Shown: positions 51,401-60,834 of the stretch, piece after piece
Layout: every line of letters begins with the position of its first letter
Numbering within the stretch: the first letter of the stretch is position 1
Assembly (NCBI GenBank): GCA_945787845.1
Contig: CALZJH010000009.1
Location: 35,208 to 99,207, forward strand
Reading direction: 5' to 3'
Length of the DNA stretch: 64,000 nt
Source: an uncultured Woeseiaceae bacterium
GTDB taxonomy: Bacteria > Pseudomonadota > Gammaproteobacteria > Steroidobacterales > Woeseiaceae
The notes under the pieces: generated by a model
Database searches by the model: none
Seen by the model: the letters and a program-made list of their open reading frames with translations, nothing else
What the model was told of the DNA's origin: nothing
Made by a program: the position numbers and the translations under genes

Positions 51401-53512
51401 TCAGGTAGCCTGTGCGGCGGTCAAATCGTCAAGGGTCGTATTGATGACGTCGCGATCGGTGTCTTGCAGGACCACTTCGGGTTCGTGAACATAATGTCCC
51501 TGCATGAAGTCGAGACCGAGCTGGAACAGGACGGCCATGGCGTTGGCGTTTTCCACACGTTCTGCAATGGTTTTGATCTCGCGTGACTGAGCTGCCAGCA
51601 CGATCTTCTTGACCGCGGCCTGCATGGATTCGTCCGTCATCAGCGTATGCATGAGTTCGCCGTCAATCTTGATGTAGTCGGGCTTGAGGATATCCAGAAT
51701 CTGGAAGCGGTCGCGATCCACGCCATAGTGTTCGAGCGCAAATCCGATTCCGAGTTTGCGCGTGTGCCTCACCAGCGTCCTGGTCTGCTTGATATGCTTG
51801 GCAGCGCCAGTTTCCGGAATCTGGACGACGAGGCGCGAACAGTCAAAATCGCTTTCGTCGAGTTTCTGCTGTATCCATGCGGCGGTCGATGAGTCCGTCA
51901 GTGATTGCTCGGACAGCCGCACGAACACACGATCTGCATCATTTTTCGCACAGAAATCCATCGCCGCCGTCAGCATCCACCGGTCAATGTTCTTCATCAT
52001 GTTGTTGCGTTCCGCGGCGGGAATGAATTCGGACGGAAGCACGGAATTATTCTGCTCGTCGATCATGCGCACGAGAAGGTCATACATCTGGATGGAATCG
52101 CTGCGCAGACCGGCAATTGGCAACTGTGCGAGACGGAACCGATTGTCCATCAATGCGGCCTTCAGGTGCTTGACCCAGATAGCGTCGAACTCTCGTTGCT
52201 TCGTATCTTCGTCAGCAGCTTCGCTGAGGCATGACGTGCTGCCGCCTTCTTCCTTCCCTAGCTGGTACGCACTTACGGCGGCTGCAACGAAGTCTTCGAG
52301 ACTCTCAAATATCTCATTAGCGCCGCAGGCGCCAACCGTACACGTCATGTGCGTCGACGTGTCACCCACTTCGAAGGTGACGCTTTCAAGATGATCGATC
52401 AGTTGTTTGCCCCAGACCTGTGCATCCCTGGCGCTGCCGCGCTCCAGCAGGACCATGAGCGAGGTGCCTTCGAAGCGCCCGGCAACATCACGCGGCTGCA
52501 TCCGCTTGCGGACGACTTCAGCAAACTGCGCAAGAATTTCCTCGGACCGGATGATGCCAACCTTGTCTCGGACCTCGCCGAACTTGTCGGGCTTGATGTA
52601 GACCAGGCAGTGCGTGCCGGAAGCGGGTTTGCGTTTCAGGCGCTTGGCGATGCGTTCGAGAAACTGTGCGCGGTGGAAAAACAACGTCGTCGGGTCACGC
52701 TTGAGGGCATCGTGAACGAGTTTGGTGGGTTCCTCCGCAACCTTGAGTTGCGGGGCGATACGAATCTGCACGTTCGGGCCGTCATCGAGGTCGATCTTCC
52801 GGAACTCCAGGCGAAGTTCTTCGGCGTCCCCCGAGTCGATGTGAGTCTTGACGATGAGCTTCTCGTCTCGCTGCCATTTGCCCGCAATCGTGGCGACCAG
52901 CGCACCCTTCAGAGCAGCCTGGCTCTCGGGCTCGAAGTAGTCCATGACAGGCAGACCAATCAGCTCGTCGCATTCCTTGATCTTGAACTGCTTTAGCCAC
53001 GCATCGTTGACGTCAGTGAAGATACCTTCCTGCACCAGTGCGTAGCTGCTGGCCGACGTGGCCATATGGTCTTTAAGATGCCTCTTGTATTCGGTCGCGG
53101 ACTGCAGTGTGGAGTTCAGTGCTCGCTCGACCCGTAAAGCGCGTAACTCACGGGAGACGACTGACTGCAGGCGCTTTTTCAGGCCCATCGAAACCAGGTC
53201 GCACGCGCCGGAACGCATTGCCGACTCGATGTCGGCTTCTTCCGCGTTTTCCTGCATTACGATGACCGGGACCTCGGGGTTGTAACGGTCCTTTTGCTTG
53301 ACTACCTGCCGAATCGAGTCGGGGTAGCTGTCACAATTCAGGATCAGCAGTTCGACCATCTCGGCCGCCAGCGTATCGGCCAGCCGGGTTGGGTTGGCCG
53401 TCCAGTGACAATGCGCCGCAAGACCCGCGTCGCGAAGTGCACTGTTGATCAGCTCTACGTCGTCCTGATGTTCGCTCAGGACCGCAATTGATATGCTTTG
53501 GCGCCCGTTCAA
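51401..53512 (-). CDS. FimX-like REC-PAS-GGDEF-EAL protein with degenerate catalytic motifs
   Basis: REC-like N-terminus, PAS, GGDEF position reads RFEGTSL, EAL position reads YDLLVRM, DDFG position reads EHYG; KIDG, AERVE, QGHY retained. Confidence 0.85.
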   Translation of the reverse strand: MNGRQSISIAVLSEHQDDVELINSALRDAGLAAHCHWTANPTRLADTLAAEMVELLILNCDSYPDSIRQVVKQKDRYNPEVPVIVMQENAEEADIESAMRSGACDLVSMGLKKRLQSVVSRELRALRVERALNSTLQSATEYKRHLKDHMATSASSYALVQEGIFTDVNDAWLKQFKIKECDELIGLPVMDYFEPESQAALKGALVATIAGKWQRDEKLIVKTHIDSGDAEELRLEFRKIDLDDGPNVQIRIAPQLKVAEEPTKLVHDALKRDPTTLFFHRAQFLERIAKRLKRKPASGTHCLVYIKPDKFGEVRDKVGIIRSEEILAQFAEVVRKRMQPRDVAGRFEGTSLMVLLERGSARDAQVWGKQLIDHLESVTFEVGDTSTHMTCTVGACGANEIFESLEDFVAAAVSAYQLGKEEGGSTSCLSEAADEDTKQREFDAIWVKHLKAALMDNRFRLAQLPIAGLRSDSIQMYDLLVRMIDEQNNSVLPSEFIPAAERNNMMKNIDRWMLTAAMDFCAKNDADRVFVRLSEQSLTDSSTAAWIQQKLDESDFDCSRLVVQIPETGAAKHIKQTRTLVRHTRKLGIGFALEHYGVDRDRFQILDILKPDYIKIDGELMHTLMTDESMQAAVKKIVLAAQSREIKTIAERVENANAMAVLFQLGLDFMQGHYVHEPEVVLQDTDRDVINTTLDDLTAAQAT

Positions 53513-53620
53513 GTCCTAATCCCTGGCAAACCGGTCGGTTCCCCGCGATGTCCATATTCTGTTAATAATTATGGAGTCTAGACACTGTGGGGAGGGGAGT
53601 CCCGGCCCGGAGTCCAAAAC

Positions 53621-53636
53621 CGTGACCTGAATCAAG
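53621..53636. promoter_or_regulatory. CRP-family-like site upstream of the FimX-like gene
   Basis: CGTGA-CCTGAA-TCAAG; 53622-53636 is 13/15 identical to 22745-22759. Confidence 0.5.
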
Positions 53637-53752
53637 TTTCGGCGAGTTTTGAAGCCATTTCTGGCCGAAATTTCGGCTGGCGCCGAACGTTGACTTCGGT
53701 ATCATAGCGCCTCGCCGCCTACCTGCGGCCCTGCTTCTTGAGAGCGATAACC

Positions 53753-54319
53753 ATGGCAAATTACAGCACCAACGAATTCCGGTCCGGCTTGAGGATCATC
53801 ATTGATGGCGACCCCTGCATTATTGTGGACAACGAATTCGTAAAACCCGGCAAAGGCCAGGCTTTCAACCGCGCCAGGATCAAGAATCTCAAGACCGGGA
53901 AGACCGTCGACAAGACCTTCAAATCGGGCGATTCGGTCGAGGCTGCCGACGTCATGGACACGGAGATGCAGTACCTCTATTCGGACGGAGAGTTCTGGCA
54001 TTTCATGGTGCCGGATACGTTTGAGCAGTACGCCGCAGACGGCAAAGCGGTCGGCGATGCCAAGGACTGGATCACGGACGGCGACATGTGCGGCATTACG
54101 CTGTGGAATAACTCGCCGTTGATCGTTTCTGCGCCAAACTTCGTCGAACTCGAAATCACCGAGACGGACCCCGGGGTCAAGGGTGATACAGCGAGCGGTG
54201 GCGTGAAACCGGCAACCCTGTCGACGGGAGCGGTGGTGCGCGTTCCCTTGTTCGTTGATCAGGGCGAGGTGATCAAGGTCGATACACGCTCACGTGAGTA
54301 CGTGTCGCGCATCAAATAA
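53753..54319 (+). CDS. efp: Elongation factor P (Lys34 type)
   Basis: VKPGKGQAF loop, YLYSDG, PGVKGDT, VPLFV. Confidence 0.98.
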   Translation: MANYSTNEFRSGLRIIIDGDPCIIVDNEFVKPGKGQAFNRARIKNLKTGKTVDKTFKSGDSVEAADVMDTEMQYLYSDGEFWHFMVPDTFEQYAADGKAVGDAKDWITDGDMCGITLWNNSPLIVSAPNFVELEITETDPGVKGDTASGGVKPATLSTGAVVRVPLFVDQGEVIKVDTRSREYVSRIK

Positions 54320-54785
54320 AGTACTTGCGCGTTTCCTGCAGCGCGCAGAACGTCTCACATAATTTTTCCACACCCGTCTGGTCGGCCGGGTTGAAACGAC
54401 GAGTTATCGGGCTGTCTATATCGAGCACGCCGATAAGCCGGTCGTGCACGATCAGCGGAACGACAAGTTCGGACCGCGAATCCGGGTCGCACACGATGTG
54501 CCCGGGGAACGAGTGAACATCGGCCACGCGCTGTGTTTCACGCGTCGACGCGGCCGCGCCGCAGACGCCTTCATCCAGCGCGATATGTACGCAGGCGGGT
54601 TTGCCCTGGAATGGACCGAGGACGAGTTCGTCGTCTCGCAAGACGTAGACACCGAGCCAGTTGATTTCCTCTAGCGCGTTGTACAACAACGAGACGAAGT
54701 TGGCGGTCGCGGCAAGCGCGTCGCGCTCACCGTCCAGGAGTGCATGCAGCTGCGAGTTGAGCAGCTTGTAGTTCGTATCGATCAT
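54312..54785 (-). CDS. msrC: GAF-domain free methionine-(R)-sulfoxide reductase
   Basis: [34 protein letters not shown]. Confidence 0.88.
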   Translation of the reverse strand: MIDTNYKLLNSQLHALLDGERDALAATANFVSLLYNALEEINWLGVYVLRDDELVLGPFQGKPACVHIALDEGVCGAAASTRETQRVADVHSFPGHIVCDPDSRSELVVPLIVHDRLIGVLDIDSPITRRFNPADQTGVEKLCETFCALQETRKYFI

Positions 54786-55753
54786 GCGCCTTCTTCAAAA
54801 GTGAATGTAATTACGTTGCGTATATCGTCGGTCTTGTCGTGGAGCATTTGCAAGCGCTCGAGCCCCATCGCAACCCCGGCACACTGCGGCAAGCCGGCAG
54901 CGAGAGCTGCAAGCAGGTTCTGATCTACCGGTCGAACAGTTTGTCCGCGACGTTTGCGGCTCTCGATGTCCCTGGCAATCCGCGCGGCCTGCTCCGAGGC
55001 GTCCGTCAATTCGACATACCCGTTGGCGAGCTCCAACGGCCCAAGGAAGACTTCGAAACGATCCGCGACTCCGGGATCGCCCGGACAAAGGCGCGCCAGG
55101 GCTGCCTGGCTGGCCGGGTAGTGCTGCAGCACCGTCAGTCGGTTCGCCGCGAACGAGGGAATTACCCGGGTTGCCAGCAGCAGGTCGAGCCAGTCGTCTC
55201 GCTCGCGACCCAGCGCCGCCTGCAGCTGATTATCAGCATCGGCGACACGGATCAGCGCGTCGAGGCTGGCTGTCCGGGCATCAATGCCGACCGTATTGAG
55301 GAAGGCGTCGTAGTAATCGATGCGCACCGGCAATTCCGCCGGTGCCTTATCCGCCAGCACCTGGCTGATGAGTGATGTCGTGTCCTGGATAATTTGAGAC
55401 AGCCCCATGTCGAGGCGATACCACTCCAGCATCGTGAATTCCGGCTGATGCTGTCTACCTGCCTCGCCGTCGCGAAACACTCGGGCGATCGAGAAAATGT
55501 CAGGGTAGCCGGCCGCCAGCAAGCGTTTCATACAGAATTCAGGAGAGGTGTGCAGGAATAACGGTCCGCCACCGACGGCACAGTCTGTGATCTCGAAGCT
55601 TTCTACCTGAATGTCGCTGACTGCCGTTCGGCTTAGGGCGGGTGTGTCGACCTCCAGAACGTTTCTGGTGCCGAAGTAGTCGCGTACCCGCCGCAACATG
55701 GCGGCCCGGCTGCGTGCGGCCTCCGGGCCTGACGCGGGCCGCCAGTCACTCAC
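54782..55753 (-). CDS. epmA: EF-P lysine aminoacylase (GenX/PoxA)
   Basis: LEVDTP, LHTSPEFCMKRLLAAG, HQPEFTMLEWYR, ELANGY.ELTD, GVAMGLERL. Confidence 0.95.
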   Translation of the reverse strand: MSDWRPASGPEAARSRAAMLRRVRDYFGTRNVLEVDTPALSRTAVSDIQVESFEITDCAVGGGPLFLHTSPEFCMKRLLAAGYPDIFSIARVFRDGEAGRQHQPEFTMLEWYRLDMGLSQIIQDTTSLISQVLADKAPAELPVRIDYYDAFLNTVGIDARTASLDALIRVADADNQLQAALGRERDDWLDLLLATRVIPSFAANRLTVLQHYPASQAALARLCPGDPGVADRFEVFLGPLELANGYVELTDASEQAARIARDIESRKRRGQTVRPVDQNLLAALAAGLPQCAGVAMGLERLQMLHDKTDDIRNVITFTFEEGA

Positions 55754-56613
55754 TCCGTGGGTCTCTTCAGTTCACCGATCTCGACCCCCATACACAGCGT
55801 GGCGCCTGGTTCCAGATCGTCGTCCCACTCGCACACGCCCCCGGGCAGCAGCATGATGACGGTCGACCCCATGTTGAACCAGCCGAGCAGGTCGCCCTTG
55901 TGCACGGTGGTCGGGTGTCCTGACAGGTCAAGAATGTCGACGACGCCGGATTTGCGTGGACGAATCTCCCCGCTCCACGGTGTCGAGATGCTGCCGACAT
56001 TCAGTGCGCCAACAAAGACAAGGACCGCCGGACCGAAGTCCGTGCGGAAGTGCATGATGAGCCTCTCGTTACGGCGAAACAGCCCGTCGAGGCGGGAAAC
56101 CGTCGCTTCGTTGACGCTGAACAGGTCGCCCGGCACGTAGCGCGCGGCAACGAGTTCACCCGCCATCGGTGCATGAACCCGGTGATAATTGTAGGGCGCG
56201 AGGTAGATTGTCGCGAAGCTGCCGTCCCGATAGTGGTCGGCTTCCGCCAGGTCGGTCACCAGCAGGTCGCCGAGAGAGTAGTCGATGCCCTTCGCCTGGA
56301 AGACGCTATCGGCGCGAATGGCCCCCGCGAAGCTGACGGTACCGTCGACCGGCGACACGATCGTGTTCTCGTCGCCGTCAATGGGTCGTCGTCCGTCGGC
56401 GAGCTCGCGGATAAAGAAATCATTAAACGTCGCGAAATCGCCAGGTACGCTGAGCTTGACCTCCTCGAGATCGACATCGAAGGCGCTGGCGAATCGCGTA
56501 ATCAGGAAATTCTTGATGCGGGTATGCCGAATCCTCGCAATGCGCCAGATTGCCGCTGTGAGCCAGTGACGTGGCAGGAGGTACTGCAAAGCGACAAACG
56601 CGACGGCCTTCAT
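55750..56613 (-). CDS. psd: Phosphatidylserine decarboxylase proenzyme
   Basis: FNDFFIR, SPVDG, YLAPYNYHRVH, RNER, FNMGSTV cleavage site. Confidence 0.95.
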   Translation of the reverse strand: MKAVAFVALQYLLPRHWLTAAIWRIARIRHTRIKNFLITRFASAFDVDLEEVKLSVPGDFATFNDFFIRELADGRRPIDGDENTIVSPVDGTVSFAGAIRADSVFQAKGIDYSLGDLLVTDLAEADHYRDGSFATIYLAPYNYHRVHAPMAGELVAARYVPGDLFSVNEATVSRLDGLFRRNERLIMHFRTDFGPAVLVFVGALNVGSISTPWSGEIRPRKSGVVDILDLSGHPTTVHKGDLLGWFNMGSTVIMLLPGGVCEWDDDLEPGATLCMGVEIGELKRPTE

Positions 56614-57029
56614 TGGTCTTCTTCCTCCGGGAAGCTGTAGTTCACTGACAGAACCGGCGTACCGCCGCTGAAGAACTGCAGCGCGACGGTGTCCTCCAGG
56701 TCTTTGGGTCGCATCAGCATCAGGTGCTTACCGCCGCGCTGGAGCGTCACACTGCCGTGTGCCGGTACGATCAATTCAGCCAGCTCGCGCATGCGTGAAA
56801 CACCGTCAGTGATCGTGGTCTCATGGACTTCGACGCTGCCGAACTGCGGACTTTCTACGCTCGTTATGCGCAGCGGCTCGTCGGTGTTATTCGTCAGGAT
56901 CAGGAATCCGGCGCTCATCGGTCGGCCGGGTATCGGCTTCGTAACTTCGAGCTCGCTAGCCACCAGCGGCGGCTTGGGAGCCCCGCAGGCCGCGAGCATG
57001 ACAGCCAGCAAAAGAAGAAAGGCACGCAT
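56610..57029 (-). CDS. Copper chaperone PCu(A)C lipoprotein
   Basis: Lipobox LAAC, EVHET....GVSRM, GGKHLML. Confidence 0.9.
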   Translation of the reverse strand: MRAFLLLLAVMLAACGAPKPPLVASELEVTKPIPGRPMSAGFLILTNNTDEPLRITSVESPQFGSVEVHETTITDGVSRMRELAELIVPAHGSVTLQRGGKHLMLMRPKDLEDTVALQFFSGGTPVLSVNYSFPEEEDQ

Positions 57030-57640
57030 TAGCGGCTACTCATCAGGATTGGAAGATCGCGGACATAGTTGTCAACGAGGTGCGGCGAGCCGATCAACGA
57101 GTGGCGATTGCCGTCAGGATCGATAACGTAAACCCCGGCCCAGTGGTCGACAACATAGTTGTCCCCGTCGGTGCCGCGCTTTTCGAAATAGACGCCCAAC
57201 TCCGTCGTTAGCTTGCGAATCTCCTCCATCGGTCCCGTGAGCCCCAGGTTGCCGTCGCCAAAGTGGTCGACGTACTGGCCGAGGATTTCGGGTGTGTCCC
57301 TCTCGGGATCCACGCTGACCAGGACGATGCGGGGCAGGGGCTGTTGTCCCATGTCGGCAAGGGTCTGCTTCGCGGTGGCCAGGACCTGCAGGGTCGCCGG
57401 GCAAACATCGGGGCAATGGGTGAAACCGAAGAACACGAGGTCCCACTGGCCCTCGAATACGCTTTGATCGACCCTGTCGCCATCCTGGTTAAGCAGGGAA
57501 AATGCGGGTACCGGTTCGGGTGCGGGCAGGATCAGCGCGGACTCCGGCGCCGGCGGCGTCGTTGAGCGAATTGCGAGGAAGATGCCGGCAGCAAGCGCGA
57601 CGGCCAATGCGGCGGCGATAACGAGGTTCTTGGGGCTCAT
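57029..57640 (-). CDS. SCO-family copper protein
   Basis: FFGFTHCPDVCP, SVDPERDT, VDH. Confidence 0.95.
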   Translation of the reverse strand: MSPKNLVIAAALAVALAAGIFLAIRSTTPPAPESALILPAPEPVPAFSLLNQDGDRVDQSVFEGQWDLVFFGFTHCPDVCPATLQVLATAKQTLADMGQQPLPRIVLVSVDPERDTPEILGQYVDHFGDGNLGLTGPMEEIRKLTTELGVYFEKRGTDGDNYVVDHWAGVYVIDPDGNRHSLIGSPHLVDNYVRDLPILMSSR

Positions 57641-57696
57641 GAAAGTGATCTGTTTATTGCGGACAACCAGGCGACAATTCTACAGGCAGAAAGACC

Positions 57697-58593
57697 ATGA
57701 GCGTGATAGATTCGCGCGGCATGAATGTCGAGCAGCTCATCCGGGAAATCGCAAACCGCTTCGAGGAAGCGGAGCTGACGTATGGGCATGGCACTGACAA
57801 TGCGACGGACGAGGCGGCCTGGCTCGTGTTCGCCAAGCTTGGCCTGCCGCACGATGATGCGCCTGCGGTGTATGCCAACACGGTGTCCGCGGACGAGATG
57901 GCCAGTATCAATGCGCTGGCGGCGCGACGCATTCATGAGCGTATCCCGCTGGCCTACCTGCTTAAGCAGGCCTGGTTCGCCGGGCTGGAGTTTTACGTCG
58001 ATGAACGCGTGCTGGTGCCGCGCTCGCCGCTGGCCGAACTCATTCATAACCGCTTTTCACCCTGGATTGCCCCTTCCGAGGTCCGGCGAGTCGTCGATCT
58101 GGGTACGGGGAGCGGTTGCATCGCAATCGCGACAGCGCTGGCGTTCCCGGAGTCCGTCGTCGATGCCGCCGATATTTGTGAGGACGCGCTCGCCGTCGCT
58201 GATATAAACATCCAGCGGCATGGCCTTGAGGAGCGTGTGCGTACGATCAAGTCCGATTTTTTTGACGCACTCGTCGACGAGCGTTATGACCTTATTATCA
58301 GCAATCCGCCCTATGTCGACCAGGCGGACATGGCATCACGTGCGTCCGAGTTCCGGCACGAACCCGAACTCGGGCTGGCTGCGGGGCAGGACGGTCTGGA
58401 TTGTGCGCACAAGATTCTGCAAGATGCCTCGCGATTTCTTACTGACAATGGAATACTCGTCTGTGAGGTCGGCAACAGCCAGGCAGCGCTGGAAGCTGCC
58501 TACCCGGAACTGCCATTCGTCTGGCTCGATTTCGAGCAGGGCGGCGCTGGTGTGTTCCTGCTGACCCGCATCGATCTGCAGTTTAATAGATAG
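57697..58593 (+). CDS. prmB: Ribosomal protein L3 glutamine N5-methyltransferase
   Basis: [42 protein letters not shown]; directly upstream of aroC. Confidence 0.95.
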   Translation: MSVIDSRGMNVEQLIREIANRFEEAELTYGHGTDNATDEAAWLVFAKLGLPHDDAPAVYANTVSADEMASINALAARRIHERIPLAYLLKQAWFAGLEFYVDERVLVPRSPLAELIHNRFSPWIAPSEVRRVVDLGTGSGCIAIATALAFPESVVDAADICEDALAVADINIQRHGLEERVRTIKSDFFDALVDERYDLIISNPPYVDQADMASRASEFRHEPELGLAAGQDGLDCAHKILQDASRFLTDNGILVCEVGNSQAALEAAYPELPFVWLDFEQGGAGVFLLTRIDLQFNR

Positions 58594-58616
58594 GCAACAG
58601 GCCAGGTAACACACAC

Positions 58617-59702
58617 GTGTCGGGTAACAGTTTTGGAAAATCGTTTGTTGTGACGACGTTTGGCGAGAGCCATGGCGTTGCGCTCGGCTGTATCGTGGAC
58701 GGTTGTCCCCCGGGAATGGAATTGTCCGAGGCGGACATCCAGGCCGACCTGGACAGGCGTCGGCCGGGCCGCAACAAGCACACGACGCAACGTAATGAAC
58801 CCGACCAGGTCCGCATTCTGTCGGGCGTGTTCGAGGGCAAAACGACGGGTACGCCCATTGGCCTGATCATTGAGAACACCGACCAGCGCTCGAAAGACTA
58901 CGGAGACATCAAGGACAAGTTCCGTCCCGGCCATGCTGATTACACGTACCAGCAGAAGTACGGTATACGCGACTATCGTGGCGGCGGCCGCTCGTCGGCC
59001 CGTGAAACCGCCATGCGCGTTGCGGCGGGCGCCGTTGCCCGCAAATACCTCAGGGAACGCGCCGGTATCGAGATCCATGGTTACGTGGCGCAGCTCGGTC
59101 CCCACGAGTTGGCGGCAACGGATTTGTCGATCGTGAACGACAACCCGTTTTTCTGTGCGGACCCCGGCAAAATCGATGAACTCGAGACTTTCATGAACGA
59201 CCTGCGAGAGCAGGGCGATTCGATCGGCGCCAAGATCAGCGTCCTTGCGCGTGGCCTGCCTCCGGGTCTCGGTGAGCCTGTCTTCGACAAACTTGAAGCG
59301 GATCTCGCACATGGCTTGATGAGCATCAATGCGGTCAAGGGCGTTGAGGTGGGTGCCGGTTTCGCGGCGGTCTCCCAGCGCGGCAGTGAACATCGTGACG
59401 AGATGTCCGCGGAGGGCTTCAGCAAGAACGATGCCGGCGGCACGCTCGGCGGCATTTCATCGGGCCAGGACCTCCTCACGAGTATTGCGCTCAAGCCAAC
59501 CTCGAGTATTACCAGGACCGGCAAGACCATCGACAAGAGCGGCAGGGAAACCGAGATTGTAACGAAGGGCCGCCACGATCCCTGTGTCGGTCTGCGCGCA
59601 ACGCCCATCGCCGAAGCCATGGTCGCACTGGTTATCATGGATCACTTCCTGCGCAACCGCGCACAGAATGCCGACGTACGTTCGGATACTCCCCACATCT
59701 AG
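58617..59702 (+). CDS. aroC: Chorismate synthase
   Basis: [31 protein letters not shown]. Confidence 0.98.
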   Translation: MSGNSFGKSFVVTTFGESHGVALGCIVDGCPPGMELSEADIQADLDRRRPGRNKHTTQRNEPDQVRILSGVFEGKTTGTPIGLIIENTDQRSKDYGDIKDKFRPGHADYTYQQKYGIRDYRGGGRSSARETAMRVAAGAVARKYLRERAGIEIHGYVAQLGPHELAATDLSIVNDNPFFCADPGKIDELETFMNDLREQGDSIGAKISVLARGLPPGLGEPVFDKLEADLAHGLMSINAVKGVEVGAGFAAVSQRGSEHRDEMSAEGFSKNDAGGTLGGISSGQDLLTSIALKPTSSITRTGKTIDKSGRETEIVTKGRHDPCVGLRATPIAEAMVALVIMDHFLRNRAQNADVRSDTPHI

Positions 59703-59735
59703 CAGGAGGGCCAGCGGGCCCGAATAATTACACGT

Positions 59736-60758
59736 ATGAGTAAAAAATTTGATATCGCCGTCGTCGGCGCCACGGGCGTCGTCGGCGAGTCCATGCTGGA
59801 GATACTGAGCCAGCGCGACTTTCCGGTGGGCACGGTCTATGCGCTTGCGAGCGAGCGCTCCGTCGGCAAGACGGTGGCATTTGGTAACCGCGAGCTCTCG
59901 GTGGAAGATCTGGCCGAATTCGATTTCTCGAAGGTGCAGATCGGACTGTTTTCTGCCGGCGGGTCGGTCTCAGCCGAGTTTGCGCTCCGTGCGGCGGAGG
60001 CGGGGTGTGTGGTTATCGACAATACGTCCCACTTTCGCTATGACGAGGACATTCCCCTTGTGGTGCCTGAGGTCAATCCGGATGCGATTGCCGGGTACAC
60101 GCAGCGCGGCATCATTGCCAACCCCAATTGCTCGACCATACAAATGGTCGTTGCGTTGAAGCCGATCTACGATGCAGTCGGCATTGAGCGAATCAACGTA
60201 TGCACTTACCAGGCCGTGTCGGGCGCAGGCCGCAGCGCCGTCGAGGAACTGGTGCGGCAGACGACGTCCCTGCTCAATGGCCGCCCGCTGGACATCGATG
60301 GGGACGCGAAGCAGATTGCCTTTAACGCGATTCCGCACATCGACGTCTTTGAAGACAATCGCTACACCCGGGAAGAGATGAAGATGGTGTGGGAAACGCG
60401 CAAGATACTGGATGATGAGGAAATCCTCGTGAATCCGACGGCCGTCCGAATTCCGGCGTTTTTCGGCCACTCCGAGGCCGTGCATCTCGAAACACGCGAG
60501 CCCATTTCCGCATCTGACGTCGCAGCGTTGCTGGCCAAAGCGCCCGGTATTGAGGTGCTCGATGGCGTGGAAACCGGGAAATATCCGACCGCGGTGACGG
60601 AAAGCTCAGGAACCGATCCTGTTTTTGTCGGCAGAATCCGCAAAGACATCTCTCATCCGCGTGGGATCGACCTTTGGGTGGTCGCTGACAACATACGTAA
60701 GGGCGCTGCTCTAAATAGCGTCCAAATTGCTGAAATATTGGCAAAAAACTATCTATAA
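59736..60758 (+). CDS. asd: Aspartate-semialdehyde dehydrogenase
   Basis: VGATGVVG, PLVVPEVN, NPNCST, YQAVSGAG, DNIRKGAALN. Confidence 0.96.
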   Translation: MSKKFDIAVVGATGVVGESMLEILSQRDFPVGTVYALASERSVGKTVAFGNRELSVEDLAEFDFSKVQIGLFSAGGSVSAEFALRAAEAGCVVIDNTSHFRYDEDIPLVVPEVNPDAIAGYTQRGIIANPNCSTIQMVVALKPIYDAVGIERINVCTYQAVSGAGRSAVEELVRQTTSLLNGRPLDIDGDAKQIAFNAIPHIDVFEDNRYTREEMKMVWETRKILDDEEILVNPTAVRIPAFFGHSEAVHLETREPISASDVAALLAKAPGIEVLDGVETGKYPTAVTESSGTDPVFVGRIRKDISHPRGIDLWVVADNIRKGAALNSVQIAEILAKNYL

Positions 60759-60834
60759 GCTATAGTTCGCAGGCACATCGGCCCCTGACTGGATGTCACT
60801 AAAGGGGGCTTTGAAGGGTTTGGAGAAATACATT

